This document shows, piece by piece, positions 27,984 through 37,392 of a stretch of 64,000 nucleotides of DNA. Source of the DNA: Thermoleophilia bacterium (lineage in GTDB: Bacteria > Actinomycetota > Thermoleophilia > Gaiellales > JAICJC01); NCBI GenBank assembly GCA_025928655.1, contig JAICJC010000002.1:7531-71530 (forward strand), given 5' to 3'. Each line of letters starts with the position of its first letter. Positions within the stretch are counted from its first letter, which is position 1. Below the pieces are notes generated by a model, which saw only the letters and a program-made list of their open reading frames with translations, was not told the origin of the DNA and did no database searches. A program made the position numbers and the translations under genes.

Positions 27984-30644
27984 TTGAACCCGGAGACCGC
28001 GCATGCGGGGATCGTCGGCCGCGAGCTGATCGACGAGGCGCCGGCGGCGATCGTCACGGCCGCCCCCGACGGAACCCTGACCGCCTGGAACCGCGGCGCC
28101 GAGCAGCTGTTCGGCTACACCGCCGAGGAGGCGCTCGGCCACACGCCGCAGGAGCTCGGCGCCGGCCGGGTCGAGGAGGCGCTCGCCGCACGCACGCGCG
28201 CGGGTGAGGTGTGGAAGGGCGAGGTGGCGGCCGTGCGCAAGGACGGCTCCCATCTGCTCGTGCACGTCGTGAGCGCCCCCATCACCGACGCGGACGGCAG
28301 CTTCGCCGGCACCGTCAGCGTCGCCCTCGAGGCGGCCCCGGCCGACCGCGGCGCCCAGCCCGCCCAGGTGCGGCTGGAGCTCCTGCTCCAGGCGAGCGAG
28401 CTGCTCGCCCGCTCGCTCGACCCCGACGCCGGCCTGCAGGGCGTCGCCCGGCTGGCGGCCTCGTGGCTCGCCGACGTCTGCATGTTCGACCTGCTGGACG
28501 ACGAGGCCGGCATGCGGCGGGTCGCCGTGGCGGACTCCGACCGCACCCGGGCGCCGCTCACCGAGCGGCTGCGCGCCTTTCCGCCCGACCCCGACGCGAT
28601 GCACATGACGGCCGCGCTGCGCGAGGGCCGCACCGAGATCCTGACCGACCTCTCCGACGACGTCCTGCGCGAACGCCTGCACGGCCCCCGCCACATCGAC
28701 GCGGTGCGCCAGATCGACGCCCGGTCGGCGGTGATCCTCCCGCTGGCCGCGCGCGGGCGCACCCTGGGGGCGATGCTGCTCCTGGGCTGCGGCGACCGGC
28801 CGCCGTTCGGGGTCGACGACGTCGCCGTCGCCGAGGAGCTTGCCCGGCGCACGGCGGTCGCGGTCGACAACAGCATCCTCCTGCGCGCCGCCCAGGAGCG
28901 GGCCGACGCCGCCCAGAGCCTGCAGCGGCTCTCGGACGCCGCGCTCTCACACGTCGACCTGGACGACCTCCTGGAGGAGATCCTGGCCCTGCTCCGCAAG
29001 GAGCTCGCCTCGGACGCGGCCGCCGTGCTCCTCATGGAGGGGGACGGCCGGCACCTCGCGGTCCGGGCCACGAGCGGAACCGACGGCGGGGTCGGCGTCC
29101 GCGTCTCCCGCGACGACGCATCGGTCGCGGGGCCGGTCGCCGCCGGGCGCCCGGTGGTGGTGCACGACCCGACGGACGCCGAGATGGGGCCGCTCCTGCT
29201 CGGCCGCGGCGTGCGCACGCTCCTCGCGGCGCCTCTGCGGGTGGGGCCGCGCACGGTCGGCGTGCTCCAGACCGACTGGCTCGCGCCCCGCCCGCTGGGG
29301 CAGGACGAGATCGACCTGATCGGCCTCGCCGCCGGCCGGATCGCCCTGGCCGTCGACCGGGCCCAGGCCTACGAGGCGGAGCACGACGCCCGGCTGCGGC
29401 TCGAGCTGCTCGCGCGCACGTCGGACGTGCTCGGCGAGTCGCTGGACTTCCGCTCGGCGCTCGGCAGCCTCACCCACCTGATCGTCCCCCACCTGGCCGA
29501 CTGGTGCGCGGTCGACCTGGTCGAGCCCGACCGCTCCCACCGGATCTGGGTGGCCCACTCCGACCCCGCCAAGGTGGAGCTCGCGCGCGACCTCGTCCGC
29601 CGCTACCCGGCCGATCCCGAGGCGGCCGCCGGCGCCGGCGGCCTGCGCGGCGACGACGCGCTCGCCGTGGACCGGGTTCCCGAGGCCTTCCGGGAGGCGG
29701 AGGCGGGCAGCGAGCACCGCGCCATCCTGCGCGGCCTCGACGTGCGCTCGGTCATCGTCGCCCCGCTCACCGCCCGCGGGCGCACCCACGGCACGCTCAC
29801 GCTCGTCACCGCGGAGTCGGGCCGCACCTACGGGCAGGACGACGCCGCATTCGCGACCGAGCTCGCCCGCCGGGCGGCGACCGCCATCGACACCGCCCGC
29901 CTCTACCAGGACCGCGACCAGGTGGCCCGCACGCTCCAGCGCAGCCTGCTGCCGCCCGACCTGCCCGACGTCCCCGGCATCGAGCTGGCCGCCGTTTACC
30001 ACCCCGCGGGCGGGGGCGGCGACGTCGGCGGCGACTTCTACGACGCCTTCGAGACGGGCGAGAGCGGCCTCTTCCTCGCCATCGGCGACGTCTGCGGCAA
30101 GGGCGCCCCGGCGGCGGCTCTCACCGGCATCGCCCGCCACACGGTGCGGGCCGCGGCCGTGCGCGAGCGCTCCCCGCGGGCGATCCTGCGGACGCTCAAC
30201 CAGGCGCTGCTGCGGCAGATGACCGAGCACCGCTTCTGCACGGTCGCCGTCGGCCGGCTCGAGGCGCAGGAGGGCGGCGCCCGCATGACCGTCTGCTGCG
30301 GCGGGCATCCTCCGCCCCTGCTCGTGCGGGGCGACGGCACCGTCGAGGAGGCCGGCACCCCGGGGACGCTGCTCGGCATCTACGAGAAGGTGCAGCTCTC
30401 CGACCTCAGCGTCGATCTGCGCCCGGGCGACGCGGTGGTGTTCCATACCGACGGCGTGACCGAGGAGCGGCGCGAGGGGCGCATGTTCGGGGAGGAGCGG
30501 CTGCAGGAGCTCCTGCGCCAGTCGGCGGGCCTCAGCGCCGCCGGGATCGCCGACCGGATCGAGCGGGCGGTGCTCGAGTTCGCGCCCGGCCCGCCGGCAG
30601 ATGACGTCGCCGTGATTGTCCTACGGCTGACGGGGAATGAGTAG
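27984..30644 (+). CDS. PAS-GAF(x3)-SpoIIE/PP2C phosphatase (RsbU/RsbP-like)
   Basis: WNRGAEQLFGY..RKDG; three GAF blocks; LQRSLLP, VGGDFYD, IGDVCGKG, GGHPPP, HTDGVTE, DDVA; start uncertain. Confidence 0.92.
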   Translation: MNPETAHAGIVGRELIDEAPAAIVTAAPDGTLTAWNRGAEQLFGYTAEEALGHTPQELGAGRVEEALAARTRAGEVWKGEVAAVRKDGSHLLVHVVSAPITDADGSFAGTVSVALEAAPADRGAQPAQVRLELLLQASELLARSLDPDAGLQGVARLAASWLADVCMFDLLDDEAGMRRVAVADSDRTRAPLTERLRAFPPDPDAMHMTAALREGRTEILTDLSDDVLRERLHGPRHIDAVRQIDARSAVILPLAARGRTLGAMLLLGCGDRPPFGVDDVAVAEELARRTAVAVDNSILLRAAQERADAAQSLQRLSDAALSHVDLDDLLEEILALLRKELASDAAAVLLMEGDGRHLAVRATSGTDGGVGVRVSRDDASVAGPVAAGRPVVVHDPTDAEMGPLLLGRGVRTLLAAPLRVGPRTVGVLQTDWLAPRPLGQDEIDLIGLAAGRIALAVDRAQAYEAEHDARLRLELLARTSDVLGESLDFRSALGSLTHLIVPHLADWCAVDLVEPDRSHRIWVAHSDPAKVELARDLVRRYPADPEAAAGAGGLRGDDALAVDRVPEAFREAEAGSEHRAILRGLDVRSVIVAPLTARGRTHGTLTLVTAESGRTYGQDDAAFATELARRAATAIDTARLYQDRDQVARTLQRSLLPPDLPDVPGIELAAVYHPAGGGGDVGGDFYDAFETGESGLFLAIGDVCGKGAPAAALTGIARHTVRAAAVRERSPRAILRTLNQALLRQMTEHRFCTVAVGRLEAQEGGARMTVCCGGHPPPLLVRGDGTVEEAGTPGTLLGIYEKVQLSDLSVDLRPGDAVVFHTDGVTEERREGRMFGEERLQELLRQSAGLSAAGIADRIERAVLEFAPGPPADDVAVIVLRLTGNE

Positions 30645-30675
30645 GGGGATGACGGGCCGGGTATCCGACAGGGCG

Positions 30676-31083
30676 ATGACGTCAAGGTCATCCGGGTTCG
30701 AGCTCGAGCTGGCAGCCGAGACGGACAACGTTCCCCTGGTGCGCCATGCTCTTCGCGGGCTGCTCGAAGCCTCGGGGGTGCCGGAGGAGCGGATCTCCGA
30801 TATCGCGCTCGCCGTGACCGAGGCATGCGCGAACGCAGTCCTGCACGCGTACCCCCGGTCGCGGGGGCAGTTCGAGGTGGCCGCCGACCTCACGCCGGGC
30901 CGGGAGCTCGTGGTCAGGGTGCGCGACCACGGGTCGGGCATGGCCCCCCGCGTCGACAGCCCGGGGCTCGGCGTCGGCCTCCCGGTGATGGCGGCGATCG
31001 CCGATGCGCTCGAGATCGACACGCCCGACGGATCGGGCACCCTCGTGCGCATGACGTTCGACGTCGCCGGGCCGGCGTCGTAA
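30676..31083 (+). CDS. rsbW: RsbW-type anti-sigma factor / Ser kinase
   Basis: LAVTEACANAVLHAY, VRDHGSG, GLGVGL, GTLVRMTF. Confidence 0.88.
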   Translation: MTSRSSGFELELAAETDNVPLVRHALRGLLEASGVPEERISDIALAVTEACANAVLHAYPRSRGQFEVAADLTPGRELVVRVRDHGSGMAPRVDSPGLGVGLPVMAAIADALEIDTPDGSGTLVRMTFDVAGPAS

Positions 31084-31114
31084 CCCGCCCCTCACCTCGG
31101 TTATCCTGCGGTCA

Positions 31115-31477
31115 GTGAGTGGGATCGTCGTGGAACAGGCCGAGCCCGGCGTCGAGGTGATCATCGTCACCGGGGAGCACGACATCTCCACCGCCCCCGA
31201 GCTCGAGCGGCGCCTGGAGGCCGCGCTCGAGTCCGGTCATCCGGTCGTCATCGACCTGCTGGGGACGACCTTCATCGACTCGACCGTCCTACGGGTGCTG
31301 ATCTGCGCCCGCGAGGAGGCCGGCGAGCGCTCCGTGGGATTCCGCTGCGCGCTCGGCGAGACCACCGGCCATGGGGTGCGCCGCTTGCTGGATTTGACCG
31401 GCATGGCAGGCCGGCTCCAGGCCGTGCCCACGCGCGCCGACGCCATCGCCGGCGCCGTCGCGCCCGGGCACGCCTAG
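31115..31477 (+). CDS. STAS anti-anti-sigma factor
   Basis: GEHDIST, TFIDST (phospho-Ser), RRLLDLTG. Confidence 0.88.
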   Translation: MSGIVVEQAEPGVEVIIVTGEHDISTAPELERRLEAALESGHPVVIDLLGTTFIDSTVLRVLICAREEAGERSVGFRCALGETTGHGVRRLLDLTGMAGRLQAVPTRADAIAGAVAPGHA

Positions 31478-31489
31478 AGGCCGGGAGCC

Positions 31490-32260
31490 CTACGAGGCGA
31501 CGGCCGTGGCGTCGATCTCCTCGGCGATCGTCTCGAGCGACCCGCGCAGGAGCCGCGACACGTGCATCTGGCTGATCCCTGTGCGCGCGGCGATCTCGGC
31601 CTGCGTGAGGTCGTGATAGACGCGCAGGCCGACGATCCGGCGCTCGCGCGGCGGCAGCGCCCGCATCGCCCGCTCGAGCAGGTCGCGATCCTCGGTGGCG
31701 GTGAAGCCCGGCTCCTCCGACGCGAGCACGCGGCCCGCGGGCAGGCCCTCGTTGCCGGAGCCCTCGCTGGCGGCGTCGGGCTCGATGAGGGGCTCCGCCG
31801 TATAGGCGCGGCCGGCGGCGATCGCCTCGGCCACCCGCTCCTCGGTCTCGCCGGTCGCCTCGGCCAGCTCCTCGAGCGACGGCGAGCGCCCGAGCCGGTG
31901 CCCCATGCGCTCGCGCACGGCGGCGACGCGGCGGCTCAGGTCCTGCAGCGAGCGCGGCACGCGAACCGCCCAGCCGCGGTCGCGGAACAGGTGCATGATC
32001 TCGCCGTCGATCGTCCGCGCGGCATAGGCGCGCAGCGGGACGCCGCGGGAGGGGTCGTACCGGTCGACGGCCTGGATGAGGCCGACGTAGCCCGTCTGCT
32101 CGATGTCCTCGAGCGGCAGGCCACGACCGTGGTAACGGCGCGCGATCGAGCGCACCAGGCCCGAGTGGCGCATCACCAGCTGCTCGCGCGGGGCGGGGTC
32201 ACCACCCTCGCGGTACGCGGTGATCAGCTCGATGTCGGTGCGATGAGAGAGCGATTCCAT
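31490..32260 (-). CDS. SigB/SigF/SigG family RNA polymerase sigma factor
   Basis: SIARRY, GLIQAVDRYD, FRD.GWAVRVPR.LQ, TQAEIA...GISQMHVSRLLR. Confidence 0.93.
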   Translation of the reverse strand: MESLSHRTDIELITAYREGGDPAPREQLVMRHSGLVRSIARRYHGRGLPLEDIEQTGYVGLIQAVDRYDPSRGVPLRAYAARTIDGEIMHLFRDRGWAVRVPRSLQDLSRRVAAVRERMGHRLGRSPSLEELAEATGETEERVAEAIAAGRAYTAEPLIEPDAASEGSGNEGLPAGRVLASEEPGFTATEDRDLLERAMRALPPRERRIVGLRVYHDLTQAEIAARTGISQMHVSRLLRGSLETIAEEIDATAVAS

Positions 32261-32427
32261 TCTTGGCGCAGGTCTCCTTCCGGGATCGGGTCGTCAATAG
32301 AGGAGTGTGCGGCCGGAGGTGGATCCCAAACATGCGGCGCGAGCGTGATACGGTCGTGCCTCCCGGCAACGGAGGGGAGCCGGGTGCCATGGTGCCGGAT
32401 GCGACCGACGGGGTAAGGTGTTTGGCG

Positions 32428-32778
32428 ATGGACGACGCCAGTAGCAGGGGTGCTCCGCGGGCGGCATCGGCCCGTTTCACGCGCGACACCGTGGAGGAGA
32501 CCGCGACCGTCGTCAACGTGGACGGAGAGCTCGACATCAACTCCGCCGACGCCCTGCGGGAGGCCCTCGATGCGGCGGAGGCGGACGGCTGCTCGGTGCT
32601 GCGGGTGGACGCGGCGTCGGTCACGTTCCTCGACTCGACGGCGCTCGGCGTGATTCTCGCCTCGGCGCAGCGGATGGCGGAGCGCGGAGGCCGCTTCGAG
32701 CTCGTCTGCGGCTCGCCCTCGATCCGCCGGATCCTGGACATGACGATGATCAGCCGCACCGTCCACCTGTTGCCCTAG
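32428..32778 (+). CDS. STAS anti-anti-sigma factor
   Basis: GELDINSA, VTFLDSTALG. Confidence 0.88.
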   Translation: MDDASSRGAPRAASARFTRDTVEETATVVNVDGELDINSADALREALDAAEADGCSVLRVDAASVTFLDSTALGVILASAQRMAERGGRFELVCGSPSIRRILDMTMISRTVHLLP

Positions 32779-32796
32779 CCCCCGGCGCCCCCGGGT

Positions 32797-32822
32797 GTTT
32801 GGGCAACATGTTCCCCGGGTAG
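32797..32822 (+). promoter_or_regulatory. SigB/SigF-type promoter
   Basis: GTTT-N16-GGGTAG directly upstream of ATG 32832. Confidence 0.6.
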
Positions 32823-32831
32823 CGGAAGCCA

Positions 32832-33083
32832 ATGGTGTCGGATCTCGTCGGAGTGGTGTTCTGCCTCCTGCTGCTCGCCCTGTGGTGGGGCGCGCGGCGC
32901 GAGGACCGGCTGGCCGTGGAGCGCTCGTGCCGCCACATGTGGGTGCTCGAGTCGCTCTACAACGAGGGCCGGCTGTGGCACCGGCGCTGCGTTCACTGCG
33001 GCAAGCAGGAGCCGGTCGGAGACTCCTACGCGCCCGCCCACCGGGCGCCCGCGCGGCCCGATCGCGAGGAATCGCACCGGTAG
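32832..33083 (+). CDS. Small membrane-anchored protein with CxH..CxxC zinc-ribbon-like motif
   Basis: N-terminal TM, CRHMW...RCVHCG; SigB-type promoter upstream. Confidence 0.6.
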   Translation: MVSDLVGVVFCLLLLALWWGARREDRLAVERSCRHMWVLESLYNEGRLWHRRCVHCGKQEPVGDSYAPAHRAPARPDREESHR

Positions 33084-33255
33084 CATTCTCGCGACCATCG
33101 GGATCGGCATCGTCGCGATGCTGATCGCGGGCCTCGTCGTGAAGCCGCTGCTCGGCTTCGGCGGCGGGTTCATCACCGCCGTCATCGTCTCGATCGCGCT
33201 CGTGGCCCTCTACGCCCGCACGGCCGGCAACGGCTCCGGCCGCCTGGCCCGCTAG
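33079..33255 (+). pseudogene. 5'-truncated GlsB/YeaQ/YmgE-like stress membrane protein remnant
   Basis: GSILATIGIGIVAMLIAGLV..GGGFITAVIVSIALV*; no in-frame ATG/GTG/TTG between 32779 and 33118. Confidence 0.45.
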
Positions 33256-33314
33256 GCCCCGTTCAGGACACTCCCCGTCACACCACTGCAACGACTTTGT
33301 GACGGCCGCCGTTC

Positions 33315-33327
33315 GGGGTCTGACCCC
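33315..33327. repeat. REP-like palindrome GGGGTCTGACCCC
   Basis: 13-bp palindrome between convergent genes; second copy at 39126. Confidence 0.65.
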
Positions 33328-33329
33328 GG

Positions 33330-33890
33330 TTAGGCGGCGACGGGGGCGCGGCGCGCGTGCACGGCGCCGGCCAGGTCGGAGAGCACCACGACCATCTGGT
33401 CGCGCACCTCGGCGTCGATCAGGACGCCGCGCTCGTCCAGCTTGTGGTGCGCGTGGCCGAGAATGACCTCGCCGTCGACGACCCGCGCGCCGGCGGCGGC
33501 GAGCACCTTGCGCAGCTCCGCCTGCGCCCACACGGCCCCGAAGGCGCCGGTGCTGGCGCCGACCACGGCCACCGGCAGGTTGCGCAGGACGTTGGTCGCG
33601 AAGGGCCGCGACGCCCAGTCGAGCGCGTTCTTCAGCTGGCCGGGGATCGACGAGTTGTACTCCGGGGTCGAGAACAGGGCGGCGTCGGCCCCGGCGAGCG
33701 CCGCGCGGAACGCGGCGACCGCCGGAGGGGCCGGGTCGACGTCGTCGTCCTGGTCGTAGGGCGGGATGTCCCGCAGGCCGTCCCAGACCTCGAGCTCCAC
33801 GCCGTCGGGCAGATGGCGGGCGGCGCAGCGCAGGAGCGCCGTGTTGTGCGAGTCCGCGCGCAGGCTGCCCGAGACGCCGAGGATCGTCAT
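33330..33890 (-). CDS. NADPH-dependent FMN reductase
   Basis: SGSLR..S.N, TPEYNSSIPGQLKNALDWASR, GAVWAQ. Confidence 0.93.
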   Translation of the reverse strand: MTILGVSGSLRADSHNTALLRCAARHLPDGVELEVWDGLRDIPPYDQDDDVDPAPPAVAAFRAALAGADAALFSTPEYNSSIPGQLKNALDWASRPFATNVLRNLPVAVVGASTGAFGAVWAQAELRKVLAAAGARVVDGEVILGHAHHKLDERGVLIDAEVRDQMVVVLSDLAGAVHARRAPVAA

Positions 33891-33898
33891 CGCGACCG

Positions 33899-34447
33899 TT
33901 ACTCCTTCATCAGGTAGAGCTCGGCCTCGAGGGCGACCTCGTTCGCGAGCGCCGACTTGCCGCTCGGCAGCGGGTTGTTCCAGTTCATGCCGAACTCGGT
34001 GCGGTCGATCTGGCCGCCGAGGGTGATGCCGATCCGCTCCCGGCCGTAGGGATCCGTGATCTGCCCGCCGACCTCGCCCGCCAGCGTCACCGGCCGGGTG
34101 ACGCCCTTGATCTCGAGCTCGCCGTCGACCGTGACGCGGTCACCCTCGGTGCGCACGTCGGTGGAGCGGAAGCGCAGCTCGGGGGAGCGCTCGGCGTCGA
34201 AGAAGTCCGGCGTGAGCAGGTGGGCGACCAGGTTGGGCTCCTGCACCTTGACGTTCTCGGCCCTGGCCGAGCCGGTCAGGCCGGCCGCGCCGTCCGGGTC
34301 GACGACGAGGGTCGCCTCGACGGGCGAGAAGCTGCCGCGGAACGTCCCGACCATGTACTTGACGGCAAAGCCGATCCGGGAATGGACCGGGTCGAGCTGC
34401 CACGTCCCGGCGGGAAGGACGGCGTGCGTGGACTCGAGGGTGCTCAT
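33899..34447 (-). CDS. YceI family protein
   Basis: GTWQLDPVHSRIGF, DFFDAE..P.LRF, GELEIKGVT, IDRTEFG. Confidence 0.93.
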   Translation of the reverse strand: MSTLESTHAVLPAGTWQLDPVHSRIGFAVKYMVGTFRGSFSPVEATLVVDPDGAAGLTGSARAENVKVQEPNLVAHLLTPDFFDAERSPELRFRSTDVRTEGDRVTVDGELEIKGVTRPVTLAGEVGGQITDPYGRERIGITLGGQIDRTEFGMNWNNPLPSGKSALANEVALEAELYLMKE

Positions 34448-34470
34448 CTTCGTGAAACCTCCATGGGAAA

Positions 34471-34518
34471 ACTTGACTACACAAGGAACTCTATCAAGAT
34501 ATACATGAGTAGTCAAGT
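34471..34518. promoter_or_regulatory. Operator-like inverted repeats upstream of yceI-FMN reductase
   Basis: ACTTGACTAC ... GTAGTCAAGT in an AT-rich patch. Confidence 0.5.
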
Positions 34519-34583
34519 ATTGACCGTGCAACCATCTTCGAAGCCGAGGCTTCCGTCCAAGACGCCGCCTCTAGACTCGGAGC

Positions 34584-36992
34584 GTGACCGACGCCGGGCT
34601 CACCGGCCTCTCGCAGGTCGAGGCCCGCCGCCGTCAGGCGGCGGCCCCGCCTGCCGAGGCGAACGCGACGAGCCGCTCCTACGCGAGCATCGTGCGGTCG
34701 AACACGCTCACCCTGTTCAACCTCATCCTGGGTGGCTTCTTCGTCGTGATCCTGCTCGCCGGCCGGCCCGCGGACGGCCTGTTCGGGCTGGTGCTCGTGT
34801 GCAACACCGCGATCGGCATCCTCCAGGACGTGCGGGCGAAGCGGGCCCTCGATCGGCTCGCGCTCCTCGTCGCGCCCCACGCCCGCGTCGTGCGCGACGG
34901 GGCCGAGGCAAGCGTCGGGGCCGGCGAGGTCGTCGACGGCGATCTCGTGACGCTGCGACCCGGCGACCAGGTGGTCGCCGACGGATCGGTGGCCGAGAGC
35001 TCGGCGCTCATGCTGGACGAGTCGCAGCTGACCGGCGAGTCGCGCCCGGTCGCGAAGGGCGTCGGCGACGAGATCCTGTCGGGCTCCTTCTGCGTCGAGG
35101 GCGCGGGCCGCTATGTGGCGAGCGCCACGGGCGAGAAGAGCTCCGCGTCCCGGGTGGTCGGCGAGGCGCGCGAGTTCCGCTACCGGCGCTCGCCGCTCGA
35201 GAACCAGATCAACCGCCTCCTGCTCATGACCGTCGCCGTGATGCTGCCGCTCGGCGCCGCGTTCGTGTGGGTGCTGATCAATCACGACGCGCCGTTTCGC
35301 CTGGCCGCCGCGACCGCCACCGCCGGGATCGTCACGCTCGTCCCCGAAGGGCTCGTGCTGCTCACGAGCCTCACGTTCGCCGTCGCGGCGGTGCGGCTCT
35401 CGAGCCGGGGCATGCTGGTGCAGGCCTTCAACGCCGTCGAGTCGCTCGCCAACGTCGACACGGTCTGCCTCGACAAGACCGGCACCCTCACGGACGGCTC
35501 CCTGGCGCTGCACGGCGTCTTCCCCGCCGGGGCCGCGGCCGCGGACGAGGCGGAGCGGCGGATGGGCGAGTACGCGGCCAGCATCTCGTCGCGCAACGAC
35601 ACCGTCGACGCGATCGCGGCGGCCCTGCCCGCGACCGCCCGCCCGGCCGCGGGCGAGGTGCCGTTCTCGTCGCGGTGGAAGTGGAGCGCCTGCCGGCTCG
35701 AGGGCGACGCGGAGACGCTCGTCCTCGGCGCGCCCGACGTGCTGCTCGGCGAGCGCGCCCCCGCGCTCGTCTCCGGGCACGAGGCCGCGGGCCGGCGCAC
35801 CCTCGTGCTCGGCACCACGCCCGCCGAGCTGTCACCGCCGGAGGACGGGGCGGCGCCGCCGGCGATCGAGCCGCTGGCCGTCATCGCGCTCGAGGAGCAC
35901 GTGCGTCCCGAGGCGCCGGACACGATCGCGTTCCTGCGCGGGCAGGGGGTGGCGGTGAAGGTGATGTCGGGCGACTCGCCGGCGACGGTGGCCGCCGTGG
36001 CCGAGCGGGCCGGTATCACGGTCGAGGGCCCGCCGGTCGACGGCGCCAGCCTCCCCGAGGGCGCCGACCTGGCGCAGGCGGCGACGGAGTCGACGATCTT
36101 CACCCGCCTCTCGCCGCAGCACAAGCGCATGCTGATCGAGTCGCTGGGGAGCTCGGGCCGCTACGTGGCGATGATCGGCGACGGCGTCAACGACGTGCCG
36201 GCCATGAAGGGCTCGCGGCTTGCGATCGCGCTCGGCAGCGGGGCGCAGATGGCCAAGAGCGTCGCAGACAGCGTCCTCGTCACCGACAGCTTCGCCGCCG
36301 TGCCGGCCGCGATCGGCGAGGGCCGCCAGATCATCCTGAACATCCAGCGGGTGGCGCGCCTCTTCGTCACCAAGACCGTGTTCGCCGCATGCGTGATCCT
36401 GACGTTCGGCCTCGTGACCGCCGGGTTCCCGCTCCTGCCCCGCCACCTGACGCTGGCGGCGACCGTCACCGTCGGGATCCCCGGGTTCGTGATCGCGCTG
36501 ATCCCCGCAAACGAGCGGCCGGACACGGGCACCTTCCTGCGCCGCGTGGCGCGGTTCTCGCTCCCGGCCGGGGCGGTGATGGCCGGGGCGGTGCTGGCGG
36601 CCTACCTGCTCGAGCGGGCCGTTCGGGTGCGCTCGATCACCGACGCGCGCACCGCCGCCGTCACCGTCTTCGTCGCCCTCGGCCTCTACCTCCTGCTCGT
36701 CCTCGACGCCGACCGGATGACGGCCAGCAAGCCCTATGCGATCGGCATCCTGGCGCTCGTCGGGGCGCTCGCCGCGAGCTACCTGGGCGCGCTCAGCTTC
36801 AAGCCGGCCCGCGACTTCTTCGCCCTCTCGACACCCGATCTGCTGGACGCCGTGATCATGGTGCTCGCGACGGTGGCCGGCATCCGCGTCATGGCGCTGG
36901 CCGGGCTCTCGCCCTACGCGCACCCGCCCCAATCGGCCCCGCCCCCGCAACCCGAGCCCGAGCCCAAGCCCGAGCCGCCGGCGTCAGGGTGA
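34584..36992 (+). CDS. P-type cation-transporting ATPase (CtpE-like)
   Basis: TGES, VPEG, DKTGTLT, SGD, GDGVND. Confidence 0.93.
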   Translation: MTDAGLTGLSQVEARRRQAAAPPAEANATSRSYASIVRSNTLTLFNLILGGFFVVILLAGRPADGLFGLVLVCNTAIGILQDVRAKRALDRLALLVAPHARVVRDGAEASVGAGEVVDGDLVTLRPGDQVVADGSVAESSALMLDESQLTGESRPVAKGVGDEILSGSFCVEGAGRYVASATGEKSSASRVVGEAREFRYRRSPLENQINRLLLMTVAVMLPLGAAFVWVLINHDAPFRLAAATATAGIVTLVPEGLVLLTSLTFAVAAVRLSSRGMLVQAFNAVESLANVDTVCLDKTGTLTDGSLALHGVFPAGAAAADEAERRMGEYAASISSRNDTVDAIAAALPATARPAAGEVPFSSRWKWSACRLEGDAETLVLGAPDVLLGERAPALVSGHEAAGRRTLVLGTTPAELSPPEDGAAPPAIEPLAVIALEEHVRPEAPDTIAFLRGQGVAVKVMSGDSPATVAAVAERAGITVEGPPVDGASLPEGADLAQAATESTIFTRLSPQHKRMLIESLGSSGRYVAMIGDGVNDVPAMKGSRLAIALGSGAQMAKSVADSVLVTDSFAAVPAAIGEGRQIILNIQRVARLFVTKTVFAACVILTFGLVTAGFPLLPRHLTLAATVTVGIPGFVIALIPANERPDTGTFLRRVARFSLPAGAVMAGAVLAAYLLERAVRVRSITDARTAAVTVFVALGLYLLLVLDADRMTASKPYAIGILALVGALAASYLGALSFKPARDFFALSTPDLLDAVIMVLATVAGIRVMALAGLSPYAHPPQSAPPPQPEPEPKPEPPASG

Positions 36993-37214
36993 GGGAAGCC
37001 TGACGCCCGGGTCGAGCCGGTGCGCCCGCCCGCGGTGGTCGACCAGGTCGACGCCCTCCGGGCCCGCCGCGACGAGCCTGCCGCCCTCCGCGAGCGCCTG
37101 CTCGAGAAAGGCCTGGTCGTAGTCGCGGCGCATCCGCTCGGGGTCGCCGCAGCACCCGATCAGCCGCACCGACCTGCGCCCGTCCCCGCTCCGCTCGATC
37201 CGGATCCCCGGCAT
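36984..37214 (-). CDS. Hypothetical small protein
   Basis: 76 aa, contains IGCCG; -10 TAGACT 8 nt upstream. Confidence 0.45.
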   Translation of the reverse strand: MPGIRIERSGDGRRSVRLIGCCGDPERMRRDYDQAFLEQALAEGGRLVAAGPEGVDLVDHRGRAHRLDPGVRLPSP

Positions 37215-37392
37215 CCGCACCCAGTCTACGCACCTGCGCGCGGCGCGGCTCGAAAGGTGCCCTGACAGAACCTGTGCGAAAGGCAGAAAATCCCTGCACA
37301 TGTAAGAATTCTGTGGGTCACCCGGACGTGTGACACACGATCACTCGAAGCGGGGAGACGGCCGGGCCGGGAGCGGGCGAGGATACCGGGAC

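Noticed and set aside
33275-33305. CCGTCACA..TGTGACGG inverted repeat
   Set aside because: Short; most simply a terminator-like hairpin between convergent genes
37329-37345. CRP site TGTGA...TCACT
   Set aside because: Spacer is 7 nt rather than 6
37230-37380. Riboswitch upstream of the kinase
   Set aside because: No recognisable aptamer consensus (c-di-GMP, c-di-AMP, TPP, SAM, cobalamin) by eye
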